Program-made: the position numbers and the translations under genes
Shown: piece by piece, positions 39,026-52,603 of the stretch
Layout of the letters: every line of letters begins with the position of its first letter
Position numbering within the stretch: the first letter of the stretch is position 1
Notes under the pieces: model-generated
Databases searched by the model: none
Seen by the model: only the letters and a program-made list of their open reading frames with translations
What the model was told of the DNA's origin: nothing
Assembly (NCBI RefSeq): GCF_009914755.1
Contig: NC_060925.1
Direction: 5' to 3' (one strand)
DNA: 64,000 bases
DNA from: the human T2T-CHM13v2.0 reference genome, Homo sapiens

Positions 39026-40330
39026 TTACTTTTAAAACCAAGTACTAGCTCATCTCTAAGTAATACTATTTAAGTAGGCAAAAGCCCCTGGAGGTCGCCT
39101 GAACTTTTTATACTCTTAGCTGAGGGGACAGAAGAGAAATGATATGACATTTACAGAAACCCCTATGTGGCCTGGCCTCATTGGAATTTTTTCTGTTAGT
39201 TAAATAAAGACCATTTGTTTCTATTGATTAAAAACAAAATTATTCATATAATGGGTTCAAGAAAACAAATTATTTCCCTAATGGACAGTGTAGGTCAGGA
39301 CTAGAAGCAAACAAGGATCTTCTATCCCTCACACATCTCAACACTCAAGCAAAAACTCAAAGAAAACAATGATACTGATGGCCACGTCATGCACCGTGCT
39401 CACACAAGGATGCCAAGAGGCTTCATATGTGTTCCTTACCTGGACCCTTTTCACTGGATCAGAAACATGGATGTCTTAGTCTGATAGGCATCCTCTGCTA
39501 ATGCATTTTAAATGATTGAATCAATAATTTGATGGGCCACTTTTTATAAGATGCTACGATACCCTATGAAGCACTATTAAAATATTCATTTTTCTGCACA
39601 CCAGATGTGGCCCAATTGTTAATAACCAATATTGGTTCTCTGGCAAAAGGAGCAAAGGCAGCCCTCTAAGATATTCCTCACTGATATTCCATTTTTCAGT
39701 GGGTAGGGAGACATGAGTAGGAAGCAAATCTGGGTCCCTGCACCCACGATCTTGGTGCCATCAAAGTGCCGCTGCTGGCAGGTTCCTGGGCACCATCTGA
39801 GACCAACCCCACTGTGAGGTTGAAGGAGGCTGATCAGAACAGTGGTCCTCCACCTCCTCCCTGACACCTTGGGAAGATGACTTCCCAAGTCATCTTCTAT
39901 TTATGTGGTCTTATTCCCATAACTGGGGCCAGATGATCCCACCCTGGGAAGACTGGGGAAATACCCAGAATGCTGACCTGAAAGTCCAATTTTCCCAATG
40001 TTTCTACTGTTCCCATGTCAAAAGTCTTTGGGCAAAATCTCCCAGGCTTGAGAGATTTCAATCCAGCCTGGATCACCTCTCCACTTCCTCCATCCCAGAG
40101 TGAAATTAAAAATCCCATCTGCTGTCAATGAGGAGTCCCTTCAGGCCCTAAAGTTTAGGAAGAGGAATCCCTATCTTGTCTTCTTCACTGTCATCCCAGC
40201 ACATCAGTTACTTAAAACAACCCAATTTCAAGAACTGATAGACCTTCATTTCTGGACACACCAAAAACAAGCAAATTCCAGAGGATCAGCTTCAGGGTGG
40301 CAGAATGGAAGGAGTAAAAGCCAACCACGG

Positions 40331-40663
<333 letters not shown>

Positions 40664-41637
40664 TCACCATTAGCTCAGCCAGGACTGGCAAGGGAGTGCC
40701 GACTGGAGAATCTTATCCTCTGTTCCTTAGCTGTTTAGATGTATAAAGCCTGAGGGCTTGGCACCTAATTAGGGTTTCAGAGCTTTGTTTTTCTCTCATC
40801 TAATTACATTTGCCCTGTGGGGAAGAGCCTCTGTCCAGGAGGCATTGCTCTCTGAAAATCTGTCTCAGCCCAACAACAGGTGCGAGAAGGTGAGCAGCTC
40901 CTCTCCCCACCAATGCGGTGAGATGCTGAGCCAGGCCCTGGCTTCTTCTTCCTCCTCTCCTTTCATTATCTCTAACTCCAGTGTCAGCCCTCAAGCAGTC
41001 CCCTGCTTTGTCACCCCTGGCAAGGTGGGGAATGTTCTCTTAACCTGCAGCTTTCTCCTTCAGGAACAAAGCGCAGCCTCTTAGCAGCTAGCAATCAACT
41101 CCTGTGCTCGGGGCCTTCCAGCCAGACCTTCTGCAGTGCACCCTGGTAGGGGGTAAATTATCCTGAGCTTGGAAAATGTCACTGAAATCACCTCCGACAG
41201 AGGGAAATGGGTTTTCATAAAAGACGTTTCCTCACCTTCGGTTGCAACTCAATTCAACTGACCATTTCCCACCCTGGATCTCAAAAGAAATTTCTGCTTT
41301 GCTTCTGGGTATGAGCCTGGGTGATAATGAAAGGTACTTAGGAAGCCAGGCCTATTGAAGCAGCGTAGCCCTCAGAGGGGCATGGCTGACTTGGCTAAGA
41401 GTAGGACAGGGTGTGGGGTTGAGGAATCCATGGGGACTCAGGGCATCCTGTCGCAGACACAGGAGCTGACCCAGCCACAGGGTCACAGGACAGCCTGTGT
41501 CACCACAGTCTCTGTGCAGAGTCCAGAGTTCACAAATGAGATAAATGGACATTTGCTGACTGGGGTAACTCAGCATCTATTCACCCTATTTCTGGGAAAA
41601 GCCTCAATTTACATGTGGGAATGGACCACCCCCTTAT

Positions 41638-42294
41638 TGTTATAGGAGTTATTAAGAAATTATTTTAGGCAGATAGAGAGGAAAAGAGGTCCTTGGGAAG
41701 TTTTTGTTTCTTTTAAAGCAGATCCAGAAACCTTTCTTGTCTAACAGGAGAGCGCCAGCTCTAAGAGCCACTGGCAAGCTTTGATATGCAAACGCAGGCC
41801 ACTGGAAACTGAGTCCACCCAAACATGGAGATTCCAGGTTTCTTCCTTGCCCCAACAGGTGGCTGGCAACATGGCCGCCCCCACATATCCCCACGTGTGT
41901 AGAACATCATGGCGCCCTGCATTTGCATCTTAAAAGGCTAGACTGTGAGGGCCAGCTTTTTCGCAGGCTATGTGAATGACCTGCCTGGTCAAACCAATCC
42001 TCTGAGCCCTATGCAAGCCAGCACCGCCTCCTCCAGCCTCCTCATATAACTAGCTGATTACACCACACACACGCCCTCCCCCCACATCCCTTCTCCCCAC
42101 CGGGGTTTTCTCTCTGTTCAAATCCCCTCTCCCTCTGTCTCTGTACTGGGGAGCTGTTTTCTTCTTCCTTCCTTCTTTCTTGTATATTAAACTTTTCGCT
42201 CCTTAAAACCACTCCAGGTGTGTCTGTGTCATTTTATCCAAGTGTGTGCTAGACCAAGAACCCTGGTGCTCCTCCAGTCATCTGAGCCATATCA
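41638..42294 (+). mobile_element. ERV1 solo LTR (MER4 group; subfamily uncertain)
   Basis: TG start (TGTTATAGGAGTTATTAAGAAAT), CCAAT at ~41994, TATAA, ATTAAA, CA end; two octamer-like ATGCAAA motifs. Confidence 0.75.
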
Positions 42295-43579
42295 TTATCT
42301 CATTCTGTTTTTGATGGCACTAACCACCAGCATACCCTGCTCCATCAGAACACTCATCCTCCTGAGCTCTGTGAATGGCTCAGGATACACAAGTGAGAGA
42401 AAAATGTAGCCAAGTGAGGAGGCAGAGAGAAACTGCCTCCTGGTAACACAGTGTGCGCCCCTGGATCAAGCCATGCCTGAAGGCAGTTTATTCTGAACTT
42501 TTACAATAAGTGCTCTTTTTGTTTAAATCACTTTGGATTGGGTTTTTGTTCACTTGTAAGCAAAAGCACACTATGATAAAAGGGGATACAAGACAAGTAT
42601 CACAAATCCAGAAATGAGAAGGGCCCAACCCCAGAGCCCAGGCCAGTCAGGGAAGTGAAGAAACAGACAGCATCTGAGATGCCTATGCCCAGTATCCAGG
42701 GGCTAGGTCCATGGCCTTTGAGCCTTAAGATGCATGAGATCCCTGTGGGGAACTTCACAACAGCGTAGATTCCCACTCATTCCCACAGCCAATTCTCATC
42801 CTTCAGTCTGGAAGGGGAACCAGAGGTTTGGTTTTTAACCAATATCCAGGCAATTTGGAAGCAGATAACACAGAGAATACTTTGAGAAACACTTCCCTAC
42901 ACTCTGAGCTGGGAGTTAAAGGACAGGGTTCCAGTCTCTGCGGTGAGGCAGTGGCAAGAGCTCCGTGGGCGGGAAGAATATTAGGCCAGAGCTTAGAACA
43001 GGACTGCAGAAGCAAGCATGGAATGGAAGCACATCTGGTGATCTGTGACACACAACGAGCCTGCAGATCACAGGCAATGATTTTTGGAAACTCATCACAC
43101 AGTAGTTTGAAGCAGCAGGAACGATTTCATCCAAAGTGCCATGAGAACACTTCCGAGTCTACAAATGCTTTCATAGGTCAATCTAAGCTGTTCCTCCCAA
43201 CCAACCTGTCTGGCAATTAGAAATTAGGAAATTAAAACTCAGAGTGTCTAAATAGCATGCACAAAGCCACACAGCTCACTGGTTCAGTAGCCTAGACCTG
43301 GGTCCCAGTCTGTCTGACACCAAAACCCACACTTTTCAAATAATTCTCCCTTCCACCGGGGGAAGGGCTGGGTCTCAGGAAAGGTCTAAGGGACACACAG
43401 TGCGGGGATCAGTGAGACCCTACTCAGCAGGCCCAGATGAGGGAAGGGGGTGCTCCATCTGACTGCACAGGAAGGCAAGGCCATTTTAACTTTGCAGCAT
43501 CTTCAACTCATCTGGCTCAAGAAATCCCAGCCCAGCTTGGGGATGGAGAGTGGAGGAACACAGGGGCACCCTTGCAAGT

Positions 43580-44647
<1,068 letters not shown>

Positions 44648-46189
44648 GGAGCAATGGAAATGATTTTCTTTGATCACAGTGTCAGCTCCTGACATTGGGT
44701 TGCGCCCATCTGTGCTGCGGACTCTTCCCTCTGAATGAGAGAGGGAGATGGCTCCCAGTGTGGTTGGAAGTCACCCCGCCCCACAACAACACAGTGCAAC
44801 AGGCCCCAGCTTCACGCCCATTCAGTTCAGGACAAGTTTTTTGGAGCATCTACTCTGGGCCAGGCCCGTAGGATACTAAGATGAAATAGAGACAGTTCCT
44901 GCCTTTGAAGGGTGGTGATTTACCGGTGGGGAGAAAGGAAGAGGCCCATGAAAAGTCGTGTCTGTAGAAGGTAAGAAGGGGCACAACCGCCATGGCAGGG
45001 GAGTCACAAAGGAGAAGCATTCAGCCTGCCAAGAGGTCCCAGGACTTTCCTGGAGGATCAGTCCCCAAACTGACTGTGACAGGGAGCTATACCCAGATAA
45101 CAGCAGAGGCCCAGAATAAGAAAGAGTCTGTGAGTGGGCAGAATTCCCTCCAGGGTCATGAGGGGAGCTGACTTCTGATTAGGGCATTTCATCCTTCTCT
45201 GAAATGCAGCTGAGAACTGGTCAGCCTCACTCCCTTGCTGAGACCAATAGCAATCCCTGATGATCTTGCCACAGGTCCAGCAGGTGCCCCATCCACACTT
45301 TGTCCCCAGCCCCTACCAGGAAGCTCCAAACACCTACCTGAGGGGCCAACTCTGATTCCCAAGGAGGTGACACCTCCTGCCCCTTGTTGATAGAACATTG
45401 ATAAGGAAATAGGACTGAGTTTTAAGCTTCTTTCCATGTCAAATATTTAAAGGCAATATAATGTTCAAGTTTAAATAATATTTCATGTGTAATTAAACAA
45501 TCCCTTATTGTTAAATAGATGGGTTCCAATTTTGAACTGCTATAATCTGTGTATGTGTCCTTGATTAAATCCTTAAGAGAAATCCCTAGAAACATTATCT
45601 TAGGGTCAAATGGCTTGGATATTCTGTAAACTGCTGATAATTATGGGAAATTGCCTTCCAGGAAGGTTATAACAATTTGCCTGATCCCCAGAAGCAACAG
45701 ACTTTACAAAGTACTCAGTATCTAATATTTAACTTTGATAAAGATAAGCTTCTCCCTTCTTTTTCACTTAAAATGCTGTGTCCCACCTCACTTTTCAGTG
45801 TCTCTTCACACTGACTAGACGGTTGGCTAATACTTCAGAGCTTGCAGAGCATCTTTATACACTTTTAATCCTCCTAACAACCATGAGAGATGGAGCTTAC
45901 TATTATCATCCGTGTTTGCAAATGAGGCCCTGAGAAGTTGAGTGATTTCTGTAAGGTCTCCGAGCCAATAGACACTGGTAATGAAATAAAATGCAAGGCC
46001 CCTTATCTTTGGAGCCCAGTGTTCCTTCCACATAGGTGGTTCTCCACCCAGGCTGCCCAGGAGAATGTGGAATCTCCAGCAGTTCTGACTTAACTGGCCT
46101 GGTGTGGATGTCTGTGATGGGTGAACATTCCCAGACCCTTTTAAGAACGTGATAGAAGTGGTAGACCCACTTCCCAGAAAAAGGGACGC

Positions 46190-46665
46190 ACAACAAAATA
46201 ATTGTCCTGAGTGGGTCTGACAGAATCAAGTGAACCCTTTAAATCTGGATCTAGAGGTCAGAGACTGAGAATGTCAGAGATGCAAAAGAGATTCAGTGCA
46301 AGAGAAATCCTCCTACTGGTTTTGAAGATAGATGTTGGCACCCTGTGTCAACAACCTGAGAGTGGCCTTGAGTTGCTGGGAGCACCCCAGACTGACAAAC
46401 AGCAAGAAGAATATGGGGACCTCAGTCCTACAACCACAGGAACTGAATTCTACTGACAACCAGTGAGCTTGCAAAGAGGACTTGGAGCCCCAGATGAGAA
46501 GCAACCCTGGCTACCCCGATCTCAACCCTGTGAGATCCTAAACAGACAATCCAGCCATGCAACACCCAAACTTCTGACCTATAGAAACCCTGAGATAATA
46601 AATGGGCATTGCTCTAAATCACCAAGTTTGTGGTAATTTGTTACACAGCCATAGGAAGTGAATCA
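46190..46665 (+). mobile_element. MLT1 LTR
   Basis: CCTCAGTCCTACAACCACAGGAACTGAATTCT; AAGTTTGTGGTAATTTGTTACACAGC. Confidence 0.75.
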
Positions 46666-46807
46666 ACCCGATGTATCTGAGCACCTGCTAGGTTATCATT
46701 AAGATTACTCTTCAAAGGTAAAAATTATTTTTCAAAATGTTTCTGCCCTACCTTCCGTGAGCATCTGGTGATGGATGGACACACACACATAAAGGTAGAC
46801 TGTGTTT

Positions 46808-46970
46808 AGGTGGGCATGGTGGTGCATACCTGTGGTCCCAGCTACTCAGGAGGCTGAAAGAGGAGGATCACTAGGGCCCAGGAGTTCAAGGCTGCAGTGA
46901 AGCTGTGATTGAGCCATTGCACTCAAACTTGGGCAACAGAGCAAGACACCAGCTCTAAAAAAAAAAAAAA
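46808..46970 (+). mobile_element. Alu right monomer (AluJ/FRAM)
   Basis: CCCAGGAGTTCAAGGCTGCAGTGA; A-tail. Confidence 0.85.
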
Positions 46971-48529
46971 CAGCTGAATGCTATAAATAAGATTGGAACT
47001 TGCTCTGCTTTTACAAGACCACTGTTAGATGACCACTGACAAGAAGACTGTGAGCTGGTCTCTGTAGGAAGCAGGGGCCTGGGCAGCTCTGGGGGCACAG
47101 GAGACAGGCCTGGGGCAGAGACACCTCAGGGCATTTTCAGAAGACAGCCAAAGCAGCCATTCCAGCTTGTCCAGGTAGATGGCAAGTCAATGGGAAATGA
47201 TTCCAGGAAGGTAGAGAAAGATGGAATTCTGGAGAGCATTGGACCTCAGATTGGGAGTCTGAACGTCTTTCCATATGCATCAGGAAGCCATGGAAAATTC
47301 ACAGACTGGAGTGACTTTGGCAAAGGTGGGATTTAGGAAGACTGATCAAGGCACGGGATAGACCCATGGATGAATGGCCTTCTGGTCAGTTTGTCCCTGT
47401 GGTTTTCTATGCTGAGGAGGTGGGAATGTGCTGGGTGAGTCAGCTGTGGATTTGTGTCCCTGCCTCACCTCACTCCCCACTGTCGTGGATTTGTCGGCTC
47501 ATCTTTAGTGCGCTCCCTGAAGAAACACTCAGTTCACTCAGCTTGTTTCTAACCCAAAACACTCTGCAGGGCCCATCCTCTTGTCTTTGCCTGGGGATGC
47601 CAGACCATGCACTGCGGATGCCTTCCACCTTAGCACTAGTGGGCTAAATGATGACTGCCTTGCTGTCCCAACACCACCCATCAAAGGGAAGACATCACCA
47701 CTGGGGTCAGTACAGCCCAAGTGACAAACTCTATTCCCTCCTTTCTCTCCATCCCATGGACCCTTGATTTGCTAAGTGGGAAGACACTTTCTCGTGGTTC
47801 AACATCACCTAATCTGCACAATTGCTTCTGCAGGCTAATGCAGCCAGAAACCCTGGATATCTGGGCAGAAGCGCATGGAACTTTTAGAAGGATTACTACT
47901 GCTTTTAATATTCCCTCTGTCTTGAGTCAGACAACCACCAAGATCAGAGTTAATATTATATATCAAAGTCCTGCCATCAGCCTGTAGGATTTATTACTAG
48001 CATCTCTCCACTTCAGAGCTATGGGAACCAATGGAATTGGATCTAAGGTTTTGAGTTGGCTCTTGTGCATGGAAATTTGATGCAAACACTCTAATTTATT
48101 GGCCCTAAAGGGCTTTGGCAAGTCATTTTGGCAAGTCACCCACTGAACACAGAGTGAAATTTGCAGAGGTTTCCCCTCTGCTCGAACAGTGGTGTTCTCA
48201 GCACGTACAGGGAAGTTCTGCCCCCTTCCAGCCAGGTGAGCTAGGGGATTTTGCCTACCCTTTCTGAACCTCAGTTTTCTCATCCATAAGATGGGAATAA
48301 AAACATGGTCCTGGATGTATGTCTCATGCTAGGCACTGAGGCAGGGTACTCTCTCCCCTGAATGCCTTGCTATTGATGCATCACCAGTAAGGCATGCATT
48401 CATTGCACAGAAACTTAGGCATATGCCTACCAACATGCCCGATGTTGTGTGAGGCCTGACCACTGTGAGGATGGACTTCCATCTGTGTGAATGGATTCAT
48501 GAGACCAGCCCTCACTCTCAGGACTGAGG

Positions 48530-48705
48530 GCATTGGTGCTCTAACTTGTCTGAATATGGAATCAGCTGGAGAGATTCTGTAAATTACCAGTCCCATTCCA
48601 CCCCTGAGATCCTGATTTCATCGGTCTTATTTCATTGCAGCCTGGTCGTTGGGATGTTTAAAACTCTCCCTAGGAATTCCAATGTGCAGCCAAGTTTGCA
48701 ACTAC
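48530..48705. mobile_element. MER5-like hAT DNA transposon
   Basis: GAATCAGCTGGAGAG...GATCCTGATTTC...ATTCCAATGTGCAGCCAAGTTTG. Confidence 0.55.
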
Positions 48706-49272
48706 ACGGAGCCAGGTTAGTGGTGCGGTCAGCATGGTGATAATTGGGCTCATGAACCCATGACCTCAGCTTCATCAGGAGACCCACTGTAAGTACTGGC
48801 CCAACAGGAGGGAAAGGAGCTGAGTCAGATGATACCACTGAGGGGCATGAGCAAATGAAAAAACAGGAACCCAGCCATGAAGCTCGGCCTGAGTGTTGGA
48901 GATGCCACTATAGAGACCCTGGTCTTAGCAATCCAGACTTTTCCCCAGCAGAAGGGAGAGGCGAAGATTATCCTGGCCGGGACTGTGTAAGGCCTTTGAA
49001 GGTTGACCATCCATCTCACCCTGCTGTTTCCCTCCTTCCCTGCAGAACAGCCGTTCACCTGAATGTTCCAGGCTTTTGGTTAACAACCCCTGGTCTTTTG
49101 TACCCATTCACACTCAAAATCAGGGGGAATTCCTTGAAATGGTTAAAATGCAAAAGTGAAATTTAGAAGCCCTATGAATGAAACAACAATCCAACAAAAA
49201 ATTCCCAACACTTTAAGCAAATGCTTTTCTGGCAGAGCCTTCAAATTGCTACTGTCCCACTATCTTCTGGAA

Positions 49273-49275
<3 letters not shown>

Positions 49276-49306
<31 letters not shown>
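49276..49306. repeat. (TG)n microsatellite
   Basis: Direct reading. Confidence 0.95.
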
Positions 49307-49311
<5 letters not shown>

Positions 49312-49899
49312 AACAGGTGAAGCAGCAACCATAAGGTAGCCTACTTCAGGTCTGGCACCTCTTTTCACTGCTGTCATGCCCTCTTCACTGAGATCCTGAC
49401 TTAAATATGTACACATGTGAATGCTGATTTCTTAGCATGAATTTTAACTCAGCTGTTGCTCGAGCATCAATGATTCCCAATTCCCATCAGAGTGAATGGC
49501 CCCTTCCTGGTCTCTGCAGTCAGCCCTCTGAAGCTGCTCAGCTGAACCCCTGGGAGCTGAGGGGCCAACTCTGACTCCCAAGAAGGTGACCTCTATCTCC
49601 CTTCCAGGGCCAGAGATGCAACATCACACACACACTGTCTTTGGAATGTGTGATTAAGCTTTTGGCTGCCAGTAGCCTGACAGCTTCCAGCAGCTTTGTC
49701 TGCCACTGTGTCCACTTCTCTGTGCCAAAGTCACTGAAACAAAGGGACTGCAGATGTTGCTGTGAAGTCTTTCCGATTCTCCAGGACAGAGGAAAGCACT
49801 ACATTGGGTGGGGGGTGGAGTGGGGATGATGGACTGTGGGAAACCTGCATGATGGGCATGAAACAATAAAAATGAAGCTGATTTTCTTCATAGCACTTG

Positions 49900-50335
49900 C
49901 TGCCATAGAGATACATTTGTTTCTGTGACCCTCTCACTGGAATGTAAACTCCCTGAAAGCAAGGACTTGGCTTATTGCTGTATCCCAAGAGCCTGACACA
50001 GTGCCTGGCACATGGTAGACACTCAATAGATGTTTGAGATAGGGAGGGAGGGAGGCAGAAAGGGAGGGAGGCAGAAAGGGAGGGAAGGAAGGAGCAAGGA
50101 AGGAAGGAAGGAAGGAAGGGAGGGAGGGAGGGACATAGACTGTGGAGTTGGATAGACTTGGCTTTAATCCTTTCTGTAGCAATTCTAGCTGTGTAAAAAT
50201 ACGCGAGTGAGTCATTTATTTTCTTTGAGTCTCTTTCTTCATCATAGTACCAATTAACAGGGCTGGGGTAGAGAGTGATACATGTAAGGTTGCTAGCACT
50301 ATTGGCAATCAAAACATGAGAGCTACTTATTTACA
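49900..50335. mobile_element. L2 3' end + (GGAA/GGGA)n (50041-50133) + MIR fragment
   Basis: ACAGTGCCTGGCACATGGTAGACACTCAATA; purine repeat; MIR-like core. Confidence 0.6.
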
Positions 50336-51138
50336 TTGTGAGTATTGCTACTACTGATATTATCATTTCTGGACATTACTAATGATGTGAGCACTGGCCT
50401 TTCATCAGAGATTACTGGATAAGGAACATTTACCGTCTTGTCTCTGCTCATTGTGCTAAAGTTCCTTCTTTATCCAACAACACTTTCTCCTGTTTTCCCA
50501 ATTTAGTGAAAGGATTAATCTTTTCACTCTCATTCTTCCTGTTTTGTTTCCCATAATATGGGTCCCATCCTTCCTCATGAGATGGGTATCTCAGCAATTG
50601 AGCCCACCCCACCCACATATTTGACCCTGATCCAAGACCCTCATTTCTGGGAATGAACCCCAGATCAGCCATGATAGAGGATAGCCTGGTTTTATCTTTT
50701 TGCTTCTGAGCAGGATCCAACAATTCTCATAAAATTTTCCCCAGCCTGTTCAGTGGAATTGTCAAAGCATCATTTTCAAAAAGTGAAAACATGATTCTTA
50801 TATAAGTCTATAGGGAGTGTGTATAAAGATCTGTTTACTTCACAAAAGAAAGAACCAGAGGATGGTAAAGCTGTTTGAAAAGAGAATTGGAAGGAGAAAG
50901 ATTTGGATAGACCATCAGAAACAGCATGCTGACATAAGTTTGCTAATTTGGAAACCTCACTCATTAATGTCCTGTGGAGCAATAAAATCTTTTTACAGGA
51001 CAAAAATCATTTGTATCTCTACCAGACAAAAATTAACATGTAACTTGGCAGAGTCTGGGCCCTAATCAATAGTAAATAGTAAGTCAAACAAAAGTACCTT
51101 CCCTTAGAGAGTTAAAAAAAGCTTTGGTGGTTTGTTAG

Positions 51139-51584
<446 letters not shown>

Positions 51585-52115
51585 TAGATGTCTGATGCTG
51601 TCAATTCTCAATGGCCAGAAGAGGGCATCTGCCCAGATCAGTTCAGGTGTCTATCCCTGGTCTGATCGCCTGTGCCCAGGGTAGCGTATCAGGTACACGG
51701 CGCTGTTTCTTCCCTGCTATTGGTAGAACAGCTTTTCCAAGAAGGGGATAGGCTGGAATGGAAGAAAAGAGTCCAAAGAGGAAGGAACCACAACAGAAAG
51801 AGAATTGCTTTCCTTTCAGTTGTGGGAGCACCAGCTTAATGCCTCTTTTCCACATTTGCCCAGCAGAGGAAATGTTTGGGCCGAATGACAGAAAACCTAG
51901 GGTAGCCTTTTTGGTGCCTCCTGACAATCACAGAAGCAGGCTGGGATCCTACCCAGGTATGGCAGAGCAAGTGAGCCCACCTAGGTGGGAATCCTTACCC
52001 TCCTAATCCTGCAGGTTCACTTCACAATCTTGTGTAGACCTTAAACCGTTGTTTAGACAGTTATATGAAATGGGGTATTTTCTAGAGAAAAGGACAGTGA
52101 ATGGGGATATGGGGA

Positions 52116-52374
52116 TTTTTTTTTTTTTTTGAGACAGAGTCTCACTCTGTCGCCTAGGCTGGAGTACAGCCATGCTCCCAAGCCATGCTTCCTGTATGGC
52201 CTGTGGAACATAGAGTCAATTAAACATCTTTCTTTTTTTTTTTTTTTTTTTGAGATGGAGTCTCGCTCTGTCACTCAGGCTGGAGTGCAGTGGTGTGATC
52301 TTGGCTCAATGCAACCTCCACCTCCAGGGTTCAAGCAATCCTCCTGCCTCAGCCTCCTGAGAAGCTAGGATTAC

Positions 52375-52422
<48 letters not shown>

Positions 52423-52603
52423 AGTAGACACGGGGTTTCACCATGTTGGCCAGGCTGGTCTCTAACTCCCGACCTCGTGGTCTGCCCACCTCGGCCTCCC
52501 AAAGTGCTAGGATTATAGGCATGAGCCACCGCGCCCGGCCCACCTCTTTTCTTTATAAGTTACCCGGTTTCAGGTAGTTCTTCATAGCAATGCAGACTAA
52601 TAC
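52116..52603. mobile_element. Composite: Alu 3' stub (52116-52169, -), MST/THE1 LTR 3' end, nested AluS (52228-52539, -) with internal (TG)n
   Basis: GAGTCAATTAAAC|Alu|CCTCTTTTCTTTATAAGTTACCC...GACTAATACA. Confidence 0.8.
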
